27,493 bases of DNA from Pseudomonadota bacterium (lineage in GTDB: Bacteria > Bdellovibrionota_B > Oligoflexia > Oligoflexales > CAIMVM01): NCBI GenBank assembly GCA_037142195.1, contig JBAXBA010000046.1:1-27493 (forward strand). Direction: 5' to 3'. Under the pieces are notes generated by a model. It did not search any database. It worked only from the letters and a program-made list of their open reading frames with translations, and was not told the DNA's origin. Positions 17,907 through 26,478 of the stretch are shown here, piece after piece (position 1 is the stretch's first letter; every line of letters begins with the position of its first letter). A program made the position numbers and the translations under genes.

Positions 17907-19193
17907 ATGGAAACCTATTCCGCTCGAGATCAAAAAATAATTTGGCATCCATTTACTCAGGAAAAAACAGCTTCTCCCGTACTTCCCATAGTGAGAGGAA
18001 AAGGGTCCTACCTTTTTGACGAGAACGGAAATTCTTATCTAGATCTCGTTTCAAGTTGGTGGGTCAACCTTCATGGACACGCCCACCCAGACATCGCGCA
18101 AAGCATCTATAAACAGGCTCTTGAGTTGGAACATGTCATCTTTGCCGGTTGCACTCATCCACCTGCCATAGAACTCTGTGAAAAACTGTCAGATCTTCTT
18201 CCTAGGTCCCTTAGCCGATTTTTCTTCTCAGATAATGGTTCAACGGCCGTAGAGGTAAGCTTAAAACTGGCTTATCAATATTGGCAAAATCGGGGCGAAA
18301 CGGACAGAAGGAGTTTTATCAGCTTAGAAGGGGGCTATCATGGAGATACTTTTGGAGCGATGTCCGTTGGCAAATCTTCTAAATTTCATGATGCTTTTTC
18401 CGACATTCTTTTTCCGGTCTTTAACATTCCTTTTCCCAGTACTTGGCTATCAGACACCACCTTTCAGGAACGTGAAGAGAGAGCACTCAGTCTTCTTGAG
18501 TCCTATCTTAAGACTTCTGGAAAACAAGTTGCAGCCCTTATTCTAGAGCCCCTCATTCAGGGCGCTAGCGGTATGAGGATGGCTCGACCCATCTTCTTTG
18601 AACGCGTCATAAAAATGGTCCGAGAGTACGATATCTTGGTGGTTTTTGATGAAGTTATGACGGGTTTTGGTCGCACGGGAACAACATTTGCGCTATCTCA
18701 GCTAAGTGAGAAACCTGATTTCCTATGTCTTTCTAAAGGAATTACCGGCGGCTTTATGCCTCTTGCTTTAACAGTAACAACAGAGTCCATCTATGAATGC
18801 TTCTTGAGCACAGAGTGGAGCAAAGCTTTTGCACACGGTCACTCCTATACCGCAAATCCTCTTGCCTGCAGCGCTGCTCTAGCATCGCTCAAATTGTTGC
18901 TCAGCGAAAGCACCCAAAATTCTATTGCCAGCATCAAACAATCTCACGTTTTGGGACTTGAAGAAATTCGCAAAAGATGCCGCAAGGCTTCCAAAATAAG
19001 AACCCTTGGCACCATTGCTGCTATGGATATCGAAGAATCTCTCCCATTCCTAAATGAAACCGTTCATAAACTTTTGCAAAGAGGTCTTATTATACGGCCG
19101 CTAGGAAAAACTCTTTATCTCCTTCCCCCATACTCGATAACTCCCCAAGAGCTCGAAAGGTCCTACGAAGAAATATTGAATTGCATAGTTTAG
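17907..19193 (+). CDS. bioA: Adenosylmethionine-8-amino-7-oxononanoate aminotransferase
   Basis: IWHPFTQ, SSWWVNLHGH, DNGSTAVE, YHGDTFGAM, DEVMTGFGRTG and SKGITGG motifs. Confidence 0.96.
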   Translation: METYSARDQKIIWHPFTQEKTASPVLPIVRGKGSYLFDENGNSYLDLVSSWWVNLHGHAHPDIAQSIYKQALELEHVIFAGCTHPPAIELCEKLSDLLPRSLSRFFFSDNGSTAVEVSLKLAYQYWQNRGETDRRSFISLEGGYHGDTFGAMSVGKSSKFHDAFSDILFPVFNIPFPSTWLSDTTFQEREERALSLLESYLKTSGKQVAALILEPLIQGASGMRMARPIFFERVIKMVREYDILVVFDEVMTGFGRTGTTFALSQLSEKPDFLCLSKGITGGFMPLALTVTTESIYECFLSTEWSKAFAHGHSYTANPLACSAALASLKLLLSESTQNSIASIKQSHVLGLEEIRKRCRKASKIRTLGTIAAMDIEESLPFLNETVHKLLQRGLIIRPLGKTLYLLPPYSITPQELERSYEEILNCIV

Positions 19194-19343
19194 AAGATAG
19201 GTATTTAATAAATAAAGCTGAAGTTTCGATGACACTTTCAACACCATTAAAGTGTCTTGGAAAATTGGCGGTGCCACTATATATGGAATCCACCTAGAAC
19301 AAGGTTTCACCTCTGAATCGCAATTTGACAAGGAAATGAACTC

Positions 19344-20060
19344 ATGAATCAAAGCATCATTTTTTATCAGCTTTTTGAATTGGAATCTTCGACCTATACG
19401 TATCTACTTGCGGACCCAGAAACAAAAGAAGCTGTGATCATAGATAGTGTTCTGGAAACCGTTGAAAGAGATTTAAAATTGATTCGAGAATTGGGTGTAG
19501 ATTTGAAATACATATTAGACACCCACGTCCACGCTGACCACATCACTGGAGCTGGGCGACTTAGGGCCTTGACGGGGGCAAAATCTGCGATCAGCCATCA
19601 GGCCAAGGTCGAATGTGTGGATCATCCCCTGAAGGACGGGGACAAGCTTTTTATCGGAAATACAGCTATTACTGCATTTGAAACTCCAGGCCATACGAAT
19701 TCTTGCATGTCTTTTTTAATTGAAAATCGAATTTTTACTGGAGACGCCCTGCTGATTAGGGGGACCGGACGTACAGATTTTCAAGGTGGCTCCTCTGAGA
19801 CACTCTTTGAAAGTATTCACCAAAAAATATTTGCTTTACCAGACCACACTGAAGTTTATCCTGGCCATGACTACAATGGACAAACCAAATCAACCATTTC
19901 CTTAGAACGTCAGTTTAACCCGAGACTGGGTCTAGGCAAGTCCAAGTCTGATTTTATAAAAATAATGTCGGAGCTAAAGCTCGCAAATCCTAAGAAGATC
20001 CATCAAGCGTTGCCCGCCAATTTGACCTGCGGAATTGTTTCTGAAAAACAAAGTCTATAG
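19344..20060 (+). CDS. Persulfide dioxygenase, ETHE1-like metallo-beta-lactamase fold
   Basis: QLFELESSTYTYLL, THVHADH, TPGHT, FTGDALLIRGTGRTDFQ, YPGHDY and C-terminal PANLTCG. Confidence 0.9.
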   Translation: MNQSIIFYQLFELESSTYTYLLADPETKEAVIIDSVLETVERDLKLIRELGVDLKYILDTHVHADHITGAGRLRALTGAKSAISHQAKVECVDHPLKDGDKLFIGNTAITAFETPGHTNSCMSFLIENRIFTGDALLIRGTGRTDFQGGSSETLFESIHQKIFALPDHTEVYPGHDYNGQTKSTISLERQFNPRLGLGKSKSDFIKIMSELKLANPKKIHQALPANLTCGIVSEKQSL

Positions 20061-20404
20061 ACTTTAAGCTGAAATTTCCTTTGAGGCGGGCATTCCCAGC
20101 AGGATGGGAATCCGAAACGCGAGATAAAGAAATCCATTCTCTGCTAATGTGTTGGGCCCGAATTCTCGCGTTACCGCTGACTTGCGAATCTGAAGGATTA
20201 AGAGTAAAAAATAGCACCCATCAAGAAACAAAAAAACTTGCAGGGCATATATGCGCTATGATGCTATTTTCTTCGCTCTTCTAGGAATCAGGCAATCAAA
20301 ACTCAAACTTCTGAAAGAATTTTAGAGCCACCCTTGAATTTGCTAGTTAACCTTGACTAAGGGAGATTAAAAAAAATGGCCTACGCGAAAAGGATATTTA
20401 TAGA

Positions 20405-21859
20405 ATGAAAATTCATTTTCAAAACACATACAGCCAGCTACCATCCCCTTTTTTTGCCCCCTGCAGACCAACAATGGTTGCTCACCCAAAAATGTTGCTG
20501 TTTAATGATCAATTGGCAGATGATCTTGGCTTTTTGCCTTCAACGGAATCTGAGAAAGCAGATTTTTTTTCTGGCAACAAGCTTAGCCAAGAGATGGAAC
20601 CTATTTCCCTTGCTTATGCAGGCCATCAATTTGGCCATTTTGTCCCGTCCTTAGGAGATGGGAGAGCCATTTTGCTCGGAGAAGTTCTCAATAATAAAAA
20701 TCAACGATTTGATTTGCAGCTCAAAGGATCAGGACGTACCCCATTTTCTCGTGGGGGAGATGGAAGAGCAGCCCTAGGGCCCATGATTAGAGAATACATA
20801 GTTAGCGAAGCCATGCATGCCCTTGGCATCAGTTCCACACGCTCACTAGCGCTGGTTTCAACCGGTGAGCCCGTCGCTCGTGAGACGCTTCTCCCCGGCG
20901 CCATCTTCACCCGAGTCGCGGCTAGTCATTTAAGAGTAGGAACATTTGAATACTTTGCATGTCGAGATGACTATAAAAGTTTGAAGATCTTAGCTGAGTA
21001 CGCTATGAATCGACACTATCCTGAAGCTTTTGAACACAAAAATCCTTATGTTGCGTTTCTACGAGGAGTCATGGATCGGCAAACCACAACTATAGTAGAT
21101 TGGATGAGCAAAGGTTTTATACATGGCGTTATGAATACGGATAATTTCTCTATATCCGGGGAAACTATAGACTATGGACCGTGCGCATTTATGGATGAAT
21201 ATAGCTCAGGGAAAGTTTTTAGCTCCATAGATCGAAACGGTAGGTATGCCTACAATCAACAGCCGGCAATAGGGCTGTGGAACTATCTCATGCTTTGCAA
21301 GTCTTTAGCATTTCTGGTCAATCGGGACTTCACTAAGTCTCAGAATGTAATTTCACAGTTAGGCTCTGAATTCTCTGACATGATCGAAACAAAGCTAAAA
21401 GCAAAAATGGCATTAAAAATTGGTATCCCATCGCCTGAAGGTCAAGATGTAACTCTAGTTAACTCGCTACTTGAAATCATGGAACAAAACGCTTTGGATT
21501 TCACGTTAACTTTCATTTATTTAAAGGCCCAGCTTGCAGATGACAGCTTTAAAATAGAAAGAGAATTTAAGGATGTGGAATCCTTAAATCTTTGGATGGC
21601 GACATGGAGAGTCAGACTTCATGAGTTGAAGTTAGCCAAGGAGGAAACTTTAAAAATCATGTCTGAGCAAAATCCTAAAATTATCCCAAGAAACCATCGC
21701 ATTGCAGAAGCCATCGAAGCAGCAACTCATCAAAACGACCTATCCATAGCAAAGAAACTCCTTTCCGCGCTCCTACGCCCTTATGAATCCGAGGATTTAG
21801 AATTCATCGAGCCGCCAAGAATAGAACAGAGAGTGCAAAAGACATTTTGCGGAACTTAG
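20405..21859 (+). CDS. ydiU: SelO/YdiU family protein adenylyltransferase
   Basis: YAGHQFG...LGDGRA, QLKGSGRTPFSRGGDGRA, GFIHGVMNTDN, IDYGP and C-terminal TFCGT. Confidence 0.95.
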   Translation: MKIHFQNTYSQLPSPFFAPCRPTMVAHPKMLLFNDQLADDLGFLPSTESEKADFFSGNKLSQEMEPISLAYAGHQFGHFVPSLGDGRAILLGEVLNNKNQRFDLQLKGSGRTPFSRGGDGRAALGPMIREYIVSEAMHALGISSTRSLALVSTGEPVARETLLPGAIFTRVAASHLRVGTFEYFACRDDYKSLKILAEYAMNRHYPEAFEHKNPYVAFLRGVMDRQTTTIVDWMSKGFIHGVMNTDNFSISGETIDYGPCAFMDEYSSGKVFSSIDRNGRYAYNQQPAIGLWNYLMLCKSLAFLVNRDFTKSQNVISQLGSEFSDMIETKLKAKMALKIGIPSPEGQDVTLVNSLLEIMEQNALDFTLTFIYLKAQLADDSFKIEREFKDVESLNLWMATWRVRLHELKLAKEETLKIMSEQNPKIIPRNHRIAEAIEAATHQNDLSIAKKLLSALLRPYESEDLEFIEPPRIEQRVQKTFCGT

Positions 21860-21877
21860 CACTCTATGTTTTGGCTC

Positions 21878-21922
21878 CATCCCCCAAATTCAACTTTGCT
21901 AATGCAAAAGATTCAGGGGATG
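21878..21922. terminator. Hairpin between the convergent ydiU and dnaX genes, possible terminator
   Basis: Outer stem CATCCCC/GGGGATG with inner stem TTTGC/GCAAA. No clear U-tail. Confidence 0.35.
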
Positions 21923-22071
21923 ATTCGCCACTTATAACTCGGTAGATATTTTTTCGCTCTCTAATTTAGACCTAGCGCGTTAAAGATGATATTTCCAATC
22001 AGACGACCAAACCCCAAAACCAGAAGAATCGACACTCTAATGATGACGCAAACCATGAATCGAAACTTTTT

Positions 22072-24195
22072 CTATGTTCCGGGTTCTGAGACTCGCACAC
22101 CTAGGATTTGCACGCCAAAAGCACTTGAAAGATGCTTCACAAATGGCGATTCCAGGGCTTCATTTTTTAATTTTTCTTTTCTTTCTATCGCCTGTCTTTC
22201 CTTGACCTTAAGCAAGCTTTCGCCGCCAGATTCATCGGTTAAAATATCGACCAATAGTTCGCCTTTAAAAGAAAAAAGGTCACAAAAATCTTGTTTTAGT
22301 TTTTGGGTTCCGTCATTTTGAAGAAGTGCCTTCCCAACTAAAGAATCTACTTTCACGCCGAGTCTTATTTGACTTTCGGTATAGTTAAGAGGAATCACCT
22401 CTTCAAGTTTTCTAGCTTCCAAGGGGCGAGTTATTTTCCAAATGTCCACAAGCTGGGTCCAGCTCTCAGGAAATTTGGACTCCAACGCCCTTAATCCACT
22501 AGAGATATTCCCATCATTTGCGATTACTTTGTCGTGGGTTGATTGTTCCGAAAGAGATGATAATTCACCCAAACAAGCGTCATTCCCGGGCTCTTCCAAA
22601 GTCGGTTTGACGTTTTGGGGTTGAACTGCCTTACTAACATTTTGATGAAATTCATGAGACTCTAGGCTTTGTTGCGGACTCAGGCCTTCGGAAAAGTTAC
22701 TTTTTTTTTTATCTAATTCATGGCCTGCAATGGGATTTGCTGACTCTTGAACAGCAGCTGCTGCTGTTTGTCCCTGTAATGGTTTTTTTTCCGCTTCTTG
22801 ACCAAATTTAGAAAGGGGTTCCGCCAATGCTTCTCGCATTCCTTGCGCAAAATTTTTGACATTAAGCTTCGCCTTACTGGGAACCGGCTGTTCAAAACCC
22901 TTCTCAGCCACAATGGTTTTTGAGGCTTCTGGCTTTATGGACGGCGGGTTTAGATCTGTGGTTTTAGAGGAAGAAACCGCCGAACTAACTCCTGACTTCT
23001 GGAGAGCGGGTGCTTCAGTTCTTTGAGGAATTGTTTTTTGGGCGGATTGGGAATGACTCAAAAAATGACCTTTGCGCAAATCTTCAACGGAAGGCAGACC
23101 TGGATCAAAACACCATTCCAATAGGTAGTTCTCTGAGATGTAACGATCCATCTCGGAACCATCTAAATCTTCCAAACATTTAATAAGAGTCCGAAACAAG
23201 CGGTTTAAATCGAAATCCCTTGCACCACACCCGATGTCGCTCAATCGACCCAATTCACCATCATCGAGCCCTAAACTCTGAATTTCAGGGTTTTCTGTAC
23301 CGAGAGTTCTAACGATTAAAGCATGCCGAGATAATGTTGCTAATTCGCCAATATAACTTTTCGCTTGGATCCCTAGGGAATCAAACTCAGCAATTTTTTC
23401 AAGGACACTCTTTCCTTCACGATTCAAGCATTTAGAAAGAAGCTCAATATAAGGTCCGATCGAAGCGCCACTGATCATATCTTTCATGACGGCCAATGTA
23501 ACTTGGCCATCCCCTAATGCAATGACTTGATCCAAAAAAGTCAAAGCATCACGCATAGAACCTTGGCCTTCGCGGGCAACTAGCCATAATGCTTTTTCAT
23601 CATACTTAATGTGTTCCTGAGTCAAAATATTGGCTATTCGGTCCACAATGACTTTGGGCTTCATTTTCTGAAGATGGAAAGTAAGACATCTCGAGGAAAT
23701 GGTATCTGGAAGCTTATGGATTTCAGTTGTTGCTAGTATAAACACGACATGTGAAGGCGGTTCTTCCAAGGTTTTAAGCAACGCATTGAAAGCACTTGAG
23801 GAAAGCATATGAACTTCGTCAATAATATAGACTCGGTATTTTCCTCTCTGCGGGACATAGTTTACCGTATCTCTTAAACTTCTAATTTCATCGACGCCAT
23901 TATTAGACGCACCGTCAATTTCAAAAACATCTTCATGACAGCCACGAGCTATGGCATCGCAGTTCTCGCAATTTCCGCATGGCTCGCCCGCAACACCCAC
24001 AGTACAGTTTAAAGCCTTAGCATAAAGCCTTGCCGTTGTGGTTTTACCTATCCCTCTAACGCCAGAAAATATGACTCCATGAGGCTCTCTGCCAAGCCTA
24101 ATAGCATTTGACAAAGAAGATGATACGGTTTCCTGACCCACTAAGTCGGAAAAGGTCATGGGACGATATTTTCTTGCAAGTGGTTGGTAGGTCAC
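22072..24195 (-). CDS. dnaX: DNA polymerase III subunit gamma/tau
   Basis: YQPLARKYRP, Walker A GVRGIGKTT, Cys zinc module, DEVHML...FNALLKTLEEPP and SRC motifs. Start reassigned to GTG 24195 (GGGGAA RBS) because the longer ORF overlaps the SRP RNA. 707 aa. Confidence 0.96.
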   Translation of the reverse strand: MTYQPLARKYRPMTFSDLVGQETVSSSLSNAIRLGREPHGVIFSGVRGIGKTTTARLYAKALNCTVGVAGEPCGNCENCDAIARGCHEDVFEIDGASNNGVDEIRSLRDTVNYVPQRGKYRVYIIDEVHMLSSSAFNALLKTLEEPPSHVVFILATTEIHKLPDTISSRCLTFHLQKMKPKVIVDRIANILTQEHIKYDEKALWLVAREGQGSMRDALTFLDQVIALGDGQVTLAVMKDMISGASIGPYIELLSKCLNREGKSVLEKIAEFDSLGIQAKSYIGELATLSRHALIVRTLGTENPEIQSLGLDDGELGRLSDIGCGARDFDLNRLFRTLIKCLEDLDGSEMDRYISENYLLEWCFDPGLPSVEDLRKGHFLSHSQSAQKTIPQRTEAPALQKSGVSSAVSSSKTTDLNPPSIKPEASKTIVAEKGFEQPVPSKAKLNVKNFAQGMREALAEPLSKFGQEAEKKPLQGQTAAAAVQESANPIAGHELDKKKSNFSEGLSPQQSLESHEFHQNVSKAVQPQNVKPTLEEPGNDACLGELSSLSEQSTHDKVIANDGNISSGLRALESKFPESWTQLVDIWKITRPLEARKLEEVIPLNYTESQIRLGVKVDSLVGKALLQNDGTQKLKQDFCDLFSFKGELLVDILTDESGGESLLKVKERQAIERKEKLKNEALESPFVKHLSSAFGVQILGVRVSEPGT

Positions 24196-24236
24196 TAGAT
24201 AGTTCCCCAAAAAAAAATAGGCTCTGACAATCTCAC

Positions 24237-24341
24237 AGTGATAGCTAGATGGACCAAACACCTGAATCGTCCACTACCGTTGCTTCCTTCCGGACCTGGC
24301 GGGGTTTGTAGGAACCCATCATTCGGGATCTAGCTATCACT
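24237..24341 (-). ncRNA. ffs: Signal recognition particle RNA (4.5S, small bacterial type)
   Basis: Minus strand contains CAGGTCCGGAAGGAAGCAACGG (domain IV) inside a long hairpin closed by the 14-bp stem AGTGATAGCTAGAT/ATCTAGCTATCACT. Classic position upstream of dnaX. Confidence 0.93.
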
Positions 24342-24796
24342 CTGACATAACAAAGCCAAAGCAACACCCTCCTCTTGTACCCAAAATATTTAAGCTTAGA
24401 TAGGAAAAAAATAAGTTAATCCCAGACAAATAGAAACCCGCCCCTTTGACAGCATAGATATATTCAGCCATTTAAAAAAAGACAGTTGCTTTGACTATTT
24501 AGATTATGTAAGGTTTGTGAAAATGAACGATAAAATCAGCGCCAGGATGGCAATAGGACACTGCAGAATAGAATTCAGACTTCATTTCTTGTGTAAGTTT
24601 CAATTTAGCTAAAGTTCCCCGTGAGCATGGCCCCGGCGGCTGGTAAGTCTTCAAATTTAGGGATGATTTTGTTTTGCCTCAGGCAGCATTAGCAGGGCAG
24701 GTTCTAAAAGATACCTAGCCAAGCGGCTTTACGGTTTAATGCTGTGGGGTGGGGACTAAAATTCATGAGTTATTTGTCTTGATGATTAATTTTCAC

Positions 24797-24824
24797 TTGC
24801 AAAATTCACCGCGGTGACTATGAA
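24797..24824 (+). promoter_or_regulatory. Putative promoter with an internal palindromic operator
   Basis: TTGCAA (24797-24802), then the perfect palindrome TCACCGCGGTGA (24806-24817), then a weak -10 TATGAA, just upstream of the HTH gene. Confidence 0.4.
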
Positions 24825-24838
24825 TAGGGATAGCAAAG

Positions 24839-25606
24839 ATGGCAGTCAGTGGAATGGACATGCAAGACAAGAAAGCACTTTCGGATGCGCTTAAGCGGGA
24901 AATAGACGCTTATATTTCGGCGCGCCCCAATCGCTCGATAGCCTCTCTCGCAAGAAAGTCTGGCTTGGGCTATTCCACAATTAGAAGGCTTGCGCAGGGC
25001 GAAGCAACTCCGGAACTCTCCACTGTGGTGACGGTTATAGGCGCCATCCAGTCTCGAGATGGATTTATGGCTTTCCTAAAGGAGCACTTTCCCAAAGAAG
25101 GCTCATTTTTCGAACAGCACTTTATAACGACCTCTCAGTTTTCTGAGGAAGGTTTAGATTATTTCTTAAGAGATGAAATTTCTAGCTATATTATTCACTT
25201 AGCGGCTACTCATGCGGGTACCAGCGTGGAAAACATTACTCGCATCCTAGGCGAGAGAGGTCTTGCCAAACTAGATGATCTCATTGATTCTGGATTTGTG
25301 GAAAAAGACAAAGAAGGAAAAATCCGTTTTTATAAAGAAAGTTTTGCGTTCACAAATTTCGAAACTTTTTTGCAAAACATCAAGCTTCATGCTGGGTATT
25401 TTAATCTTAAGAATCTAGGTTCAGATGCTGCTCTAATTGCATTACAAAGCGAGTCAGTAGACGCGATAGGACTAAAAGAGCTAAAGCAAGCGGGCGTCGA
25501 CTACTGTAATAAGATCGCAGAGATAAAAAGAAGAAGACCTGGGAAAATCCCTTTCTTCATCAGTCTGATGCAAAATATATATGATATTAAAAATCTAGAA
25601 GACTAA
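24839..25606 (+). CDS. XRE-like HTH protein with a winged-helix-like middle and an extended C-terminal domain (resembles TIGR02147-type regulators)
   Basis: SIASLARKSGLGYSTIRRLAQGEATP (HTH) and LDDLIDSGFVEK (wHTH-like). The family assignment is from memory, not from a search. Confidence 0.7.
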   Translation: MAVSGMDMQDKKALSDALKREIDAYISARPNRSIASLARKSGLGYSTIRRLAQGEATPELSTVVTVIGAIQSRDGFMAFLKEHFPKEGSFFEQHFITTSQFSEEGLDYFLRDEISSYIIHLAATHAGTSVENITRILGERGLAKLDDLIDSGFVEKDKEGKIRFYKESFAFTNFETFLQNIKLHAGYFNLKNLGSDAALIALQSESVDAIGLKELKQAGVDYCNKIAEIKRRRPGKIPFFISLMQNIYDIKNLED

Positions 25607-25622
25607 TCATTAAGGGATACTT

Positions 25623-25958
25623 ATGAAACGCCTTTTGCTCGCTGTCATTTTCGCATGTTTTAGTTTTGCGATGCCATCCTATGCTGGTAATGACTCCGTT
25701 TGCTCAATCACTGCGGTGGATAATTCGAACAATGCCCAACCTAAAACATTCCCTGGAATTCTGAGTACGGGATCATATGCCTATACTTTGAAAGTAAGTT
25801 GGAGTGAATTTAATATGATCAAAAACCTTGATAGTATCTATGTATCCACACCAAAATCCTACAGCGGAGCCGTGACGAGCCTAGAAGTTGTAGGAGGAGT
25901 TATCATTGGCTACACAACAACTGCTGCACCTTTTGTAATTGTGGTTGCGCCCCGTTGA
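25623..25958 (+). CDS. Small secreted hypothetical protein
   Basis: Sec signal MKRLLLAVIFACFSFAMPSYA, AAGGGA RBS and a beta-rich mature part. Confidence 0.75.
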   Translation: MKRLLLAVIFACFSFAMPSYAGNDSVCSITAVDNSNNAQPKTFPGILSTGSYAYTLKVSWSEFNMIKNLDSIYVSTPKSYSGAVTSLEVVGGVIIGYTTTAAPFVIVVAPR

Positions 25959-26407
25959 TATTCTGCATTGTGAATTCCCCAATAGGTAATCTTTTCATTG
26001 AGGAGACTGATTCTACGATCAGTCTCCTCAATTTTACGTTAGCCCCCATATCTGAGCCAACTTCGCCTTTTCTTAAGCAAGCAGCCTGCGAGATTTCTGA
26101 GTATTTCCGGGGAGAGAGAGAAGCTTTTAGTTTTAAAGTATCTCCGGCAGGTACGGAGTTCCAAAAAAAAGTTTGGAATGAACTTCAAAAGATCCCGCTA
26201 GGCCAGGTAAAATCTTATAAAGAGATAGCTATAAAATTAGGTATGCCAAATTCCGCCCGGGCCGTTGGGACTGCCATTGGTAAAAATCCCATTTTACTCG
26301 GCATACCTTGCCACCGCGTGATTACCGGCCAAAGAAAATTGGGCGGGTTTTCTGCAGGAGTTGATAAAAAACGCTCACTTTTAAATTTGGAAAAAGTATA
26401 TATTTAA
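25955..26407 (+). CDS. ogt: Methylated-DNA-protein-cysteine methyltransferase
   Basis: GTEFQKKVW, ARAVGTAIGKNP and active site IPCHRV. TTG start overlaps the upstream TGA. Confidence 0.93.
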   Translation: MIFCIVNSPIGNLFIEETDSTISLLNFTLAPISEPTSPFLKQAACEISEYFRGEREAFSFKVSPAGTEFQKKVWNELQKIPLGQVKSYKEIAIKLGMPNSARAVGTAIGKNPILLGIPCHRVITGQRKLGGFSAGVDKKRSLLNLEKVYI

Positions 26408-26478
26408 TTTCAATTGCAATTTCCCCAAAAGTCGTTAAAAGATTTGTTCCCTTACAATCAGATTTGATTTTTGGGTTT

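Noticed and set aside
20061..20284. Rhodanese domain remnant fused to PDO, or the 67-aa/75-aa ORFs as real genes
   Set aside because: Multiple stops in the PDO frame, no rhodanese active-site motif, and no recognisable features in the short ORFs.
21840..21859. Selenocysteine recoding in SelO
   Set aside because: The protein ends TFCGT-TAG with a normal Cys codon and no in-frame TGA.
92..22913. Short ORFs nested in or antisense to confident genes (e.g. 366-554, 4151-4561, 6280-6759, 10066-10353, 15560-15910, 21986-22321)
   Set aside because: Shadow ORFs of well-supported CDSs with no independent motifs.
24196..24261. 22-aa N-terminal extension of DnaX in the ORF track
   Set aside because: It overlaps the SRP RNA. 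The conserved N-terminus starts at GTG 24195 with an RBS.
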